Positions 32,901-47,045 of a stretch of 64,000 bases of DNA are shown piece after piece (within the stretch, counting starts at the first letter, position 1; each line of letters starts with the position of its first letter). The position numbers and the translations under genes are program-made. Source of the stretch: Eledone cirrhosa (taxonomy: Eukaryota); contig OZ024745.1 in NCBI GenBank assembly GCA_964016885.1, positions 87,792,001 to 87,856,000 of the forward strand, written 5' to 3'. The notes beneath the pieces are model-generated. The model saw only the letters and a list, made by a program, of their open reading frames with translations. It was not told the origin of the DNA and did not search any database.

Positions 32901-35900
32901 CAGAAGCAACATCGCTACTACCACCACCAACAACAGCAATCACAACAGAAGCAATATCAATACCACAACCACGACCAACAACAACAGAAGCAATATCGCT
33001 ACTACCACCACCAACAACAGCAATCACAACAGAAGCAATATCAATACCACCACCACGACCAACAACAAGAGAAGCAACATCGCTACTACCACCACCAACA
33101 ACAGCAATCACTCCAGAAGCAATATCAATACCACAAACACGACCAACAACAACAGAGGCAACATCACTACCACCCCCACCAACAACAGCAATCACAACAT
33201 AAGCAATATCAATACCACCACCACGACCAACAACAACATAAGCAACATCGCTACTACCACCAGCAACAACAGCAATCACAACAGAAGCAATATCAATACC
33301 ACCACCACGACCAACAACAACATAAGCAACATCACTACCACCACCACCAACAACAGCAATCACAACATAAGCAACATCAATACCACCAACACGACCAACA
33401 ACAACAGAAGCAACATCGCTACTACCACCACCAACATCAGCAATCTCAACAGAAGCAATATCAATACCACCACCACGACCAACAACAGCAGAAGCAACAT
33501 AGCTACCACCACCAACAACAACAGCAATCACAACATAAGCAATATCAAGACCACCACCACCACCAACAACAACAGAAGCAACATCGCTACCACTACCAAC
33601 AACAGCAATCACAACAGAAGCAATATCAATACCACCACCACGACCAACAACAGCAGAAGCAACATCGCTACCACCACCAACAACAACAGCAATCACAACA
33701 GAAGCAATATCAATACCGCCACCACGACCAACAACAGCAGAAGCAACATCACTACCACCACCAACAACAACAGCAATCACAACAGAAGCAATATCAATAC
33801 CACAACCACGACCAACAACAGCAGAAGCAACATCACTACCACCACCAACAACAACAGCAATCACAACAGAAGCAATATCAATACCAACACCACGACCAAC
33901 AACAGCAGAAGCAACATCGCTACCACCACCAACAACAGCAATCACAACATAAGCAATATCAATACCACCACCACGACCAACAACAACAAAAGCAACATCG
34001 CTACCACCACCAACAACAGCAATCACAACAGATGCAATATCAATACCACAACCACGACCAACAACACCAGAAGCTACATCACTACCACCACCAACAACAA
34101 CAGCAATCACAACAGAAGCAATATCAATACCACCACCACGACCAACAACAACAGAAGCAACATCGCTACCACCACCAACAACAGCAATCACAACAGAAGC
34201 AATATCAATACCAGCACCACGACCAACAACAACAGAAGCAACATCACTACCCCCACCAACAACAGCAATCACAACAGAAGCAATATCAATACCACCACCA
34301 CGACCAAGAACAGCAGAAGCAACATCGCTACCACCACCAACAACAGCAATCACAACAGAAGCAATATCAATACCACCACCACGACCAACAACAGCAGAAG
34401 CAACATCGCTACCACCACCAACAACAACAGCAATCACAACATAAGCAATATCAATACCACAACCACGACCAACAACAACAGAAGCAACCTCGTTACCACC
34501 ACCAACAACAGCAATCACAACAGAAGCAATATCAATACCACCACCACGACCAACAACAACAGAAGCAACGTCACTACCACCCCCACCAACAACAGCAATC
34601 ACAACATAAGCAATATCAATACCACCATCACAACCAACAACAACAGAAGCAACATCGCTACTACCACCACCAACAACAGCAATCACATCGGAAGCAATAT
34701 CAATACCACCACCACGACCAACAACAACAGAAGCAACCTCGTTACCACCACGAACAACAGCAATCACAACAGAAGCAATATCAATACCACCACCACGACC
34801 AACAACAACAGAAGCAACATCACTACCACCCCCAACAACAACAGCAATCACAACATAAGCAATATCAATACCACCACCACGACCAACAACAACAGAAGCA
34901 ACATCGCTACTACCACCACCAACAACAGCAATCACAACATAAGCAATATCAATACCACCACCACGACCAACAACAACAGAAGCAACATCACTACCACCAC
35001 CACCAACAACAGCAATCACAACATAAGCAACATCAATACCACCAACACGACCAACAACAACAGAAGCAACATCGCTACTACCACCACCAACATCAGCAAT
35101 CACAACAGAAACAATATCAATACCACCACCACGATCAACAACAGCAGAAGCAACATCGCTACCACCACCAACAACAATAGCAATCACAACATAAGCAATA
35201 TCAAGACCACCACCACCACCAACGACAACAGAAGCAACATCGCTAACACTACCAACAACAGCAATCACAACAGAAGCAATATCAATACCACCACCACGAC
35301 CAACAACAGCAGAAGCAACATCGCTACCACCACCAACAACAACAGCAATCACAACAGAAGCAATATCAATACCACAACCACGACCAACAACAGCAGAAGC
35401 AACATCACTACCACCACCAACAATAACAGCAATCACAACAGAAGCAATATCAATACCAACACCACGACCAACAACAGCAGAAGCAACATCGCTACCACCA
35501 CCAACAACTGCAATCACAACATAAGCAATATCAATACCACCACCACGACCAACAACAACAAAAGCAACATCGCTACCACCACCAACAACAGCAATCACAA
35601 CAGAAGCAATATCAATACCACAACCACGACCAACAACAACAGAAGCTACATCACTACCACCACCAACAACAACAGCAATCACAACAGAAGCAATATCAAT
35701 ACCACCACCACGACCAACAACAACAGAAGCAACATCGCAACCACCACCAACAACAGCAATCACAACAGAAGCAATATGAATACCACCACCACGACCAACA
35801 ACAACAGAAGCAACATCGCTACCACCACCAACAACAGCAATCACAACAGAAGCAATATCAATACCACAACCACGACCAACAACAACAGAAGCAACATCAC

Positions 35901-38900
35901 TACCACCACCAACAACAGCAATCACAACATAAGCAATATCAATACCACCACCACGACCAACAACAACAGAAGCAACATCGCTACAACCAACAACAACAAC
36001 AGCAATCACAACATAAGCAATATCAATACCACCACCACGACCAACAACAGCAGAAGCAACATCGCTAACACCACCAACAACAACAGCAATCACAACATAA
36101 GCAATATCAAGACCACCACCACCACCAACAACAACAGAAGCAACATCGCTACCACTACCAACAACAGCAATCACAACAGAAGCAATATCAATACCACCAC
36201 CACGACCAACAACAGCAGAAGCAACATCGCTACCACCACCAACAACAACAGCAATCACAACAGAAGCAATATCAATACCGCCACCACGACCAACAACAGC
36301 AGAAGCAACATCACTACCACCACCAACAACAACAGCAATCACAACAGAAGCAATATCAATACCACAACCACGACCAACAACAGCAGAAGCAACATCACTA
36401 CCACCACCAACAACAACAGCAATCACAACAGAAGCAATATCAATACCAACACCACGACCAACAACAGCAGAAGCAACATCGCTACCACCACCAACAACAG
36501 CAATCACAACATAAGCAATATCAATACCACCACCACGACAAACAACAACAAAAGCAACATCGCTACCACCACCAACAACAGCAATCACAACAGAAGCAAT
36601 ATCAATACCACAACCACGACCAACAACAACAGAAGCTACATCACTACCACCACCAACAACAACAGCAATCACAACAGAAGCAATATCAATACCACCACCA
36701 CGACCAACAACAACAGAAGCAACATCGCTACCACCACCAACAACAGCAATCACAACAGAAGCAATATCAATACCACCACCACGACCAACAACAACAGAAG
36801 CAACATCGCTACCACCACCAACAACAGCAATCACAACAGAAGCAATATCAATACCACAACCACGACCAACAACAACAGAAGCAACATCACTACCACCACC
36901 AACAACAGCAATCACAACATAAGCAATATCAATACCACCACCACGACCAACAACAACAGAAGCAAGATCACTACAACCAACAACAACAACAGCAATCACA
37001 ACATAAGCAATATCAATACCGCCACCACGACCAACAACAACAGTAGCAACATCGCTACCACCACCAACAACCTCAATCACAACAGAAGCAATATCAATAC
37101 CAGCACCACGACCAACAACAACAGAAGCAACATCACTACCCCGACCAACAACAGCAATCACAACAGAAGCAATATCAATACCACCACCACGACCAACAAC
37201 AGCAGAAGCAACATCGCTACCACCACCAACAACAGCAATCACAACAGAAGCAATATCAATACCACCACCACGACCAACAACAGCAGAAGCAACATCGCTA
37301 CCACCACCAACAACAACAGCAATCACAACATAAGCAATATCAATACCACAACCACGACCAACAACAACAGAAGCAACCTCGTTACCACCACCAACAACAG
37401 CAATCACAACAGAAGCAATATCAATACCACCACCACGACCAACAACAACAACAGAAGCAACGTCACTACCACCCCCACCAACAACAGCAATCACAACATA
37501 CGCAATATCAATACCACCACCACAACCAACAACAACAGAAGCAACATCGCTACTACCACCACCAACAACAGCAATCACATCAGAAGCAATATCAATACCA
37601 CCACCACGACCAACAACAACAGAAGCAACCTCGTTACCACCACGAACAACAGCAATCACAACAGAAGCAATATCAATACCACCACCACGACCAACAACAA
37701 CAGGAGCAACATCACTACCACCCCCAGCAACAACAGCAATCACAACATAAGCAATATCAATACCACCACCACGACCAACAACAACAGAAGCAACATCGCT
37801 ACTACCACCACCAACAACAGCAATCACAACATAAGCAATATCAATACCACCACCACGACCAACAACAACAGAAGCAACATTGCTTCTACCACCATCAACA
37901 AAAGCAATCACAACAGAACCAATATCAATACCACCACCACGACCAACAACAACAGAAGCAACATCGCTACTACCACCACCAACAACAGCAATCACAACAG
38001 AAGCAATATCAATACCACAACCACGACCAACAACAACAGAAGCAAAATCGCTACTACCACCACCAACAACAGCAATCACAACAGAAGCAATATCAATACC
38101 ACCACCACGACCAACAACAAGAGAAGCAACATCGCTACTACCACCACCAACAACAGCAATCACTCCAGAAGCAATATCAATACCACAAACACGACCAACA
38201 ACAACAGAGGCAACATCACTACCACCCCCACCAACAACAGCAATCACAACATAAGCAATATCAATACCACCACCACGACCAACAACAACATAAGCAACAT
38301 CGCTACTACCACCAGCAACAACAGCAATCACAACAGAAGCAATATCAATACCACCACCACGACCAACAACAACATAAGCAACATCGCTACTACCACCACC
38401 AACAACAGCAATCACAACATAAGCAATATCAATACCACCACCACGACCAACAACAACAGAAGCAACATCACTACCACCACCACCAACAACAGCAATCACA
38501 ACATAAGCAACATCAATACCACCAACACGACCAACAACAACAGAAGCAACATCGCTACTACCACCACCAACATCAGCAATCTCAACAGAAGCAATATCAA
38601 TACCACCACCACGACCAACAACAGCAGAAGCAACATAGCTACCACCACCAACAACAAGAGCAATCACAACATAAGCAATATCAAGACCACCACCACCACC
38701 AACAACAACAGAAGCAACATCGCTACCACTACCAACAACAGCAATCACAACAGAAGCAATATCAATACCACCACCACGACCAACAACAGCAGAAGCAACA
38801 TCGCTACCACCACCAACAACAACAGCAATCACAACAGAAGCAATATCAATACCGCCACCACGACCAACAACAGCAGAAGCAACATCACTACCACCACCAA

Positions 38901-41900
38901 CAACAACAGCAATCACAACAGAAGCAATATCAATACCACAACCACGACCAACAACAGCAGAAGCAACATCACTACCACCACCAACAACAACAGCAATCAC
39001 AACAGAAGCAATATCAATACCAACACCACGACCAACAACAGCAGAAGCAACATCGCTACCACCACCAACAACAGCAATCACAACATAAGCAATATCAATA
39101 CCACCACCACGACCAACAACAACAAAAGCAACATCGCTACCACCACCAACAACAGCAATCACAACAGATGCAATATCAATACCACAACCACGACCAACAA
39201 CAACAGAAGCTACATCACTACCACCACCAACAACAACAGCAATCACAACAGAAGCAATATCAATACCACCACCACGACCAACAACAACAGAAGCAACATC
39301 GCTACCACCACCAACAACAGCAATCACAACAGAAGCAATATCAATACCAGCACCACGACCAACAACAACAGAAGCAACATCACTACCCCCACCAACAACA
39401 GCAATCACAACAGAAGCAATATCAATACCACCACCACGACCAAGAACAGCAGAAGCAACATCGCTACCACCACCAACAACAGCAATCACAACAGAAGCAA
39501 TATCAATACCACCACCACGACCAACAACAGCAGAAGCAACATCGCTACTACCACCAACAACAACAGCAATCACAACATAAGCAATATCAATACCACAACC
39601 ACGACCAACAACAACAGAAGCAACCTCGTTACCACCACCAACAACAGCAATCACAACAGAAGCAATATCAATACCACCACCACGACCAACAACAACAGAA
39701 GCAACGTCACTACCACCCCCACCAACAACAGCAATCACAACATAAGCAATATCAATACCACCATCACAACCAACAACAACAGAAGCAACATCGCTACTAC
39801 CACCACCAACAACAGCAATCACATCAGAAGCAATATCAATACCACCACCACGACCAACAACAACAGAAGCAACCTCGTTACCACCACGAACAACAGCAAT
39901 CACAACAGAAGCAATATCAATACCACCACCACGACCAACAACAACAGAAGCAACATCACTACCACCCCCAACAACAACAGCAATCACAACATAAGCAATA
40001 TCAATACCACCACCACGACCAACAACAACAGAAGCAACATCGCTACTACCACCACCAACAACAGCAATCACAACATAAGCAATATCAATACCACCACCAC
40101 GACCAACAACAACAGAAGCAACATCACTACCACCACCACCAACAACAGCAATCACAACATAAGCAACATCAATACCACCAACACGACCAACAACAACAGA
40201 AGCAACATCGCTACTACCACCACCAACATCAGCAATCACAACAGAAACAATATCAATACCACCACCACGATCAACAACAGCAGAAGCAACATCGCTACCA
40301 CCACCAACAACAATAGCAATCACAACATAAGCAATATCAAGACCACCACCACCACCAACGACAACAGAAGCAACATCGCTACCACTACCAACAACAGCAA
40401 TCACAACAGAAGCAATATCAATACCACCACCACGACCAACAACAGCAGAAGCAACATCGCTACCACCACCAACAACAACAGCAATCACAACAGAAGCAAT
40501 ATCAATACCACAACCACGACCAACAACAGCAGAAGCAACATCACTACCACCACCAACAATAACAGCAATCACAACAGAAGCAATATCAATACCAACACCA
40601 CGACCAACAACAGCAGAAGCAACATCGCTACCACCACCAACAACTGCAATCACAACATAAGCAATATCAATACCACCACCACGACCAACAACAACAAAAG
40701 CAACATCGCTACCACCACCAACAACAGCAATCACAACAGAAACAATATCAATACCACAACCACGACCAACAACAACAGAAGCTACATCACTACCACCACC
40801 AACAACAACAGCAATCACAACAGAAGCAATATCAATGCCACCACCACGACCAACAACAACAGAAGCAACATCGCAACCACCACCAACAACAGCAATCACA
40901 ACAGAAGCAATATCAATACCACCACCACGACCAACAACAACAGAAGCAACATCGCTACCACCACCAACAACAGCAATCACAACAGAAGCAATATCAATAC
41001 CACAACCACGACCAACAACAACAGAAGCAACATCACTACCACCACCAACAACAGCAATCACAACATAAGCAATATCAATACCACCACCACGACCAACAAC
41101 AACAGAAGCAACATCGCTACAACCAACAACAACAACAGAAATCACAACATATGCAATATCAATACCACCACCACGACCAACAACAACAGAAGCAACATCG
41201 CTACCACCACCAACAACATCAATCACAACAGAAGCAATATCAATACCAGCACCACGACCAACAACAACAGAAGCAACATCACTACCCCCACCAACATCAG
41301 CAATTACAACAGAAGCAATATCAATACCACCACCACGACCAACAACAGCAGAAGCAACATCGCTACCACCACCAACAACAGCAATCACAACAGAAGCAAT
41401 ATCAATACCACCACCACGACCAACAACAGCAGAAGCAACATCGCTACCACCACCAATAACAACAGCAATCACAACATAAGCAATATCAATACCACAACCA
41501 CGACCAACAACAACAGAAGCAACCTCGTTACCACCACCAACAACAGCAATCACAACAGAAGCAATATCAATACCACCACCACGACCAACAACAACAGAAG
41601 CAACGTCACTACCACCCCCACCAACAACAGCAATCACAACATAAGCAATATCAATACCACCACCACGACCAACAACAACAGAAGCAACATCGCTACTACC
41701 ACCACCAACAACAGCAATCACAACATAAGCAATATCAATACCACCACCACGACCAACAACAACAGAAGCAACATTGCTTCTACCACCATCAACAAAAGCA
41801 ATCACAACAGAACCAATATCAATACCACCACCACGACCAACAACAACAGAAGCAACATCGCTACTCCCACCACCAACAACAGCAATCACAACAGAAGCAA

Positions 41901-43912
41901 TATCAATACCACCACCACGACCAACAACAACAGAAGCAATATCGCTACTACCACCACCAACAACAGCAATCACAACAGAAGCAATATCAATACCACAACC
42001 ACGACCAACAACAACAGAAGCAACATCGCTACTACCACCACCAACAACAGCAATCACAACAGAAGCAATACCAATACCACAAACACGACCAACAACAACA
42101 GAGGCAACATCACTACCACCCCCACCAACAACAGCAATCACAACATAAGCAATATCAATACCACCACCACGACCAACAACAACATAAGCAACATCGCTAC
42201 TACCACCAGCAACAACAGCAATCACAACAGAAGCAATATCAATACCACCACCACGACCAACAACAACAGAAGCAACATCGCTACTACCACCACCAACAAC
42301 AGCAATCACAACATAAGCAATAGCAATACCACCACCACGACCAACAACAACAGAAGCAACATCACTACCATCACCACCAACAACAGCAATCACAACATAA
42401 GCAACATCAATACCACCAACACGACCAACAACAACAGAAGCAACATTGCTACTACCACCACCAACATCATCAATCTCAACAGAAGCAATATCAATACCAC
42501 CACCACGACCAACAACAACAGAGGCAACATCACTACTACCACCAGCAACAACAGCAATCACAACAGAAGCAATATCAATACCACCACCACGACCAACAAC
42601 AACAGAAGCAACATCGCTACCCCCACCAACAACAGCAATCACAACAGAAGCAATATCAATACCACCACCTCGACCAACAACAACAGAAGCAACAACGCTA
42701 CCACCACTAACAACAGCAATCACAACAGAAGCAATATCAATACCACCACCACGACCAACAACAACAGAAGCAACATCACTACCACCACAAACAATAGCAA
42801 TCACAACAGAAGCAATATCAATACCACCACCACGACCACCAACAACAGAAGCAACATCGCTACCACCACCAACAGCAATCACAACAGAAGCAATATCCAT
42901 ACCGCCACCACGACCAACAACAACAGAAGCAACATCACTAACACCACCAACAACAGCAATCACAACAGAAGCAATATCAATACCACCACCACGACCAACA
43001 ACAGCAGAAGCAACATCGCTACCACCACCAACAACAACAGCAATCACAACATAAGCAATATCAATACCACCACCACGACCAACAACAACAGAAGCATCAT
43101 CGCTACCCCCACCAACAACAGCAATCACAACAGAAGCAATATCAATACCACCACCACGACCAACAACAACAGAAGCAAAATCTCTACCACCACCAACAAC
43201 AGCAATCACAACAGAAGCAATATCAATACCACCACCACGACCAACAACAACAGAAGCAACATCGCTACCACCACCAACAACAGCAATCACAACAGAAGCA
43301 ATATCAATACCGCCACCACGACCAACAACAACAGAAGCAACATCACTAACACCACCAACAACAGCAATCACAACAGAAGCAATATCAATACCACCACCAC
43401 GACCAACAACAACAGAAGCAACATCGCTACCACCACCAACAGCAATCACAACAGAAGCAATATCAATACCGCCACCACGATCAACAACAACAGAAGCAAC
43501 ATCACTAACACCACCAACAACAGCAATCACAACAGAAGCAATATCAATACCACCACCACGACCAACAACACCAGAAGCAACATCGCTACCACCACCAACA
43601 ACAGCAATCACAACTGAAGCAATATCAATACCACCACCACGACTAACAACAACAGAAGCAACATCACTAACACCACCAACAACAGCAATCACAACAGAAA
43701 CAATATCCATGCCACCACCACGACCAACAACAACAGAAGCAACATCACTACCATCACAAAGACCAACAACAATAATAACAACAACAACAATAACAAAAAC
43801 AACAACAGTAACAACAACAATAACAACAGAAGCAACATCACTACCAACAACAACAACAACACCACCCCCTACAACAACAACAGAAGCAACATGAACATCA
43901 ACAACAGCAAAC
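5990..43912. repeat. Giant A/C-rich minisatellite array, 81-84 bp unit (roughly 450 units) with higher-order duplications
   Basis: Consensus ACA GAA GCA ATA TCA ATA CCA CCA CCA CGA CCA ACA ACA ACA GAA GCA ACA TCR CTA CCA CCA CCA ACA ACA GCA ATC ACA repeats continuously from about 6480 to 43760, with degenerate (ACA)/(CCA) edges. Unit count estimated as length/84. Confidence 0.98.
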
Positions 43913-44004
43913 TGGAATTATATCAAACTAGAAGGCAATATTGCTTACGTAATAACAACACATAACAGGTGGTTAAATGGTCTTGGCAGAATTCAATTTC
44001 ATCT

Positions 44005-44800
44005 CACACACACACACTGACATGCACACTCGCACACACATACAAACCTTGACAAACACTGACACGCATACGTACACACACAAACACACCCACAGGCTGA
44101 CACACACACACATGTATACATATACATACACACATGTACATACACACATACACACACCCAAAGCCACACAGTCAGCCACACACACAGTCTCACACAGCCA
44201 AACAGATGTACACACACAGCCACACAGAGACATATGCACAGCCACACAAACACACACAGGTATATATATACACACACACACACACTCACAGAGAAAAACA
44301 TCCATACACACATACACACACGTACAACTACAAACACACAGACACACACACACAACCACACAGAGACAGACACAGTCACAAACAGACAGGCACACAGACA
44401 CACACACAACCACACATCCATACACACGTGCACATAGCTACACACGGACTCAGACACACACGGCCACACACAGCCACCCAAACAGACAGACAGTTACAAA
44501 CACACAGGCACACCGACACACACACACGTACACACAACCACACACACGTACACAGCCACACACGTACTCACACACGAACACACAGACAGCTTCACACACG
44601 CGTACACACACGGCTACACACATCCACACACAGCCACACAGACAGACATACAATCACAAACACAGGCACACACTCACACACACACACAGCCACACACACG
44701 TACAGGCACAACCACACACAGCCACACACACGTACACACAGCGACACACGCACACACAGACACACACACACACACACACACATGCTCGTGCACACACAAA
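44005..44800. repeat. Degenerate (CA)n-rich low-complexity tract
   Basis: Directly visible; source of the HTHT and CVCV ORFs. Confidence 0.95.
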
Positions 44801-45319
44801 AACAAACAAACAAACAAACACAAAAAGCAACAAAAATAAACCGCGGAAATACATAAGATTAGGGTTTTCTGTCATAAACTATATGACACTTTGGCCTTTG
44901 ATCTAAACATGAAATAAAAATCGGGAAGTAATCACCAAAAGAATAAATTAAAAAAAGCAAAGAAAGAATAGCTAAAAGCATGGAGGGAACTAGAACGGAA
45001 GACGAATCTCTTAGCGGGTGAGACGGATAACATACCCGTATCCAATCTAAAAATAGTGAAAGATGTTTGTCTGTTTTTTTTTTTATTGAATCATCAATAT
45101 CTAATAGTATTTCATCTCTTTAACTTATAATATGGCCGCCAGAGAGATCAAACTGTTTTTACTAACGTTTTGTATATCAAGGGCCAACCTCTAAAAGTTG
45201 GATTCGTTGGGTCAGCGGTAAGCGTACTCAGTAAATACACAGTGCAGATATATGCGTGTATATGTATATATATATATTTCGTTTCTGAATTTGTTGGCAA
45301 CATGACCCTCCCAAAGCAT

Positions 45320-45385
<66 letters not shown>

Positions 45386-45390
<5 letters not shown>

Positions 45391-46035
45391 ACGTTAAGTT
45401 TAACGTTCGGGAAAGTGAAAGTTACGATACACACGCAATTGTATGGATTTCTTAAAATATATATATGTGTGGGTGTGTATATGTTTGTATATATGTGTGT
45501 ACACTGTGAATTTGTTTGTTTATTTACAACAGGTCTCTATAGTGATATGGTGTTAATTAGTATTGCGTGTGTGATTATTTTTTCTTTTTCATTTTTTGCG
45601 TATTGTGTGTACGGAAAATTATTTTTAAATAATGACATTGTGTGTTTTTAAATAGCAAGATATTACAAAAACATCTAAACGATGATGATGACACAAACAC
45701 ATATATATATACAAACACACATATATATATACATACAGATACACATATATATACACAGATATACACACACACACATATATATATAAGAAAAAATAATCAC
45801 ACACGCAATACTAATTAACACCATATCACTATAGAGACCTGTTGTAAATAAACAAACAAATTCACAGTGTACACACATATATACAAACATATACACACCC
45901 ACACATATATATATTTTAAGAAATCCATACAATTGCGTGTGTATCGTAACTTTCATTGTAAAAAAAAACAACAAACAAATTCACTTGTCATAAAATTTAC
46001 TTTCACTTTCCCGAACGTTAAACTTAACGTATGCC
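45386..46035. mobile_element. Fold-back / MITE-like element with long terminal inverted repeats, inserted in (TA)n
   Basis: Arm 45386-45586 is the reverse complement of 45785-46035 apart from one 50-bp indel. Termini are GGCATACGTTAAGTTTAACG...CGTTAAACTTAACGTATGCC, with (TA)n on both sides. Confidence 0.75.
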
Positions 46036-46049
46036 TATATATATATATA

Positions 46050-46121
46050 TCTAAGGCGGGTAAAATTCCCGAGATCCATGGACGAGTTCTCTCCAGCGGT
46101 CTCTGTCACTCATTATCGCTG
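46050..46121 (-). mobile_element. Extremely 5'-truncated RTE LINE (3' tip only)
   Basis: Near-identical reverse complement of about 48314-48385, the 3' end of the RTE copy. Confidence 0.85.
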
Positions 46122-46951
46122 CCTTCCCCTATTCTATGATAGATCTGGCTGACTCCGCTTTTTATAGCCGAGGTGTTAGACTTCGGATACTTGCCCCCTT
46201 CTCCGACCGCTGTCCCTTTTTTCCGTGCCTTCTATATTTCTTAGTGGCATCTTTGCTTTAATTTCTCGTTTATCCAGTATTTCTTTCTTCTGTATCCCTT
46301 TTGTTTGGGGGGGGGGGGTTCTGTATTAATTTTCCGTTCTTTACTTTTACTTCGTACGATCTTTCATGTAGCGTATATTAGACTTTTCGTTTCGTGGCGG
46401 TACCCTTAGAGTTAGCACTAGTATTTTTTTGCGGGACCCTAAATTATATTCTCGTACTAGTTTACTTTCTTGCACTGGGTGGTTGCTGGCCCTGTGATTG
46501 GGGTAGAAACCTTTATTATTTCGTGGCAGTCTCTTTAGTATTTTATTCTTCATTATATATATTTTTAAATTTATTTATCTATTCTTTTTTCACGTATTTG
46601 TTTATTTATTTATGTATTTCTTTAGCCTAGCAATAGCGAGAGACTTAAGTCTTAGTAACCAGACTTTGCTTTTTTTTTTTCCTCTCTCAGTACTGTTTAT
46701 AGTTTTACCTTTCATTGTTCTACTTACCGTGTCGAATTCCTCCCCCTCCCCCTCCCCAGTATCCATTTGACCTCACGCCCAGCTGTAGCCGGCACTACCA
46801 ACGCATGAATGGGTCTACTCCACCCCCCTCCCTTTTTCTCCTACCGGCAGGTTTAGCTACCCCTTCCCCCACCAATTTGCCATCACCGATTTACTACTAA
46901 CTTGTGATGTGACCAATCCTGGTGATTGTCTCTTTGACCATATATGGAATT

Positions 46952-47045
46952 ACCCCTTGATAAGCTCGGCTATTTAAATACCACAATAAATGTTCATTCA
47001 GTCCAGAATTAGCCGTCGAAACGGCTTGAGCTCAGCCGTCGGGGT
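46952..47045 (+). ncRNA. Type I hammerhead ribozyme motif, U3-A8 core variant
   Basis: Stem I ACCCC/GGGGT; core TTGATAA (46957-46963); stem II G..CGGCTA/TAGCCG.C; GAAA (47018-47021); stem III CGGCT/AGCCG; GUC triplet ending at 47040. Confidence 0.75.

Noticed and set aside
27639-40316. Q/H/Y-rich ORFs as prion-like or metal-binding proteins
   Set aside because: They are the third frame of the same repeat, with starts and stops created by sporadic point variants.
12751-43710. 10,319-aa V/G-rich minus-strand ORF (also 7202-12754 and 6081-7205) as a real gene
   Set aside because: Nearly all codons in this frame end in T, so stops are almost impossible. There are no non-repetitive domains, and ORF ends coincide with 1-bp indels.
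6480-43760. CRISPR array or telomeric repeat
   Set aside because: There are no unique spacers or cas genes, the context is eukaryotic, and no TTAGGG-type unit is present.
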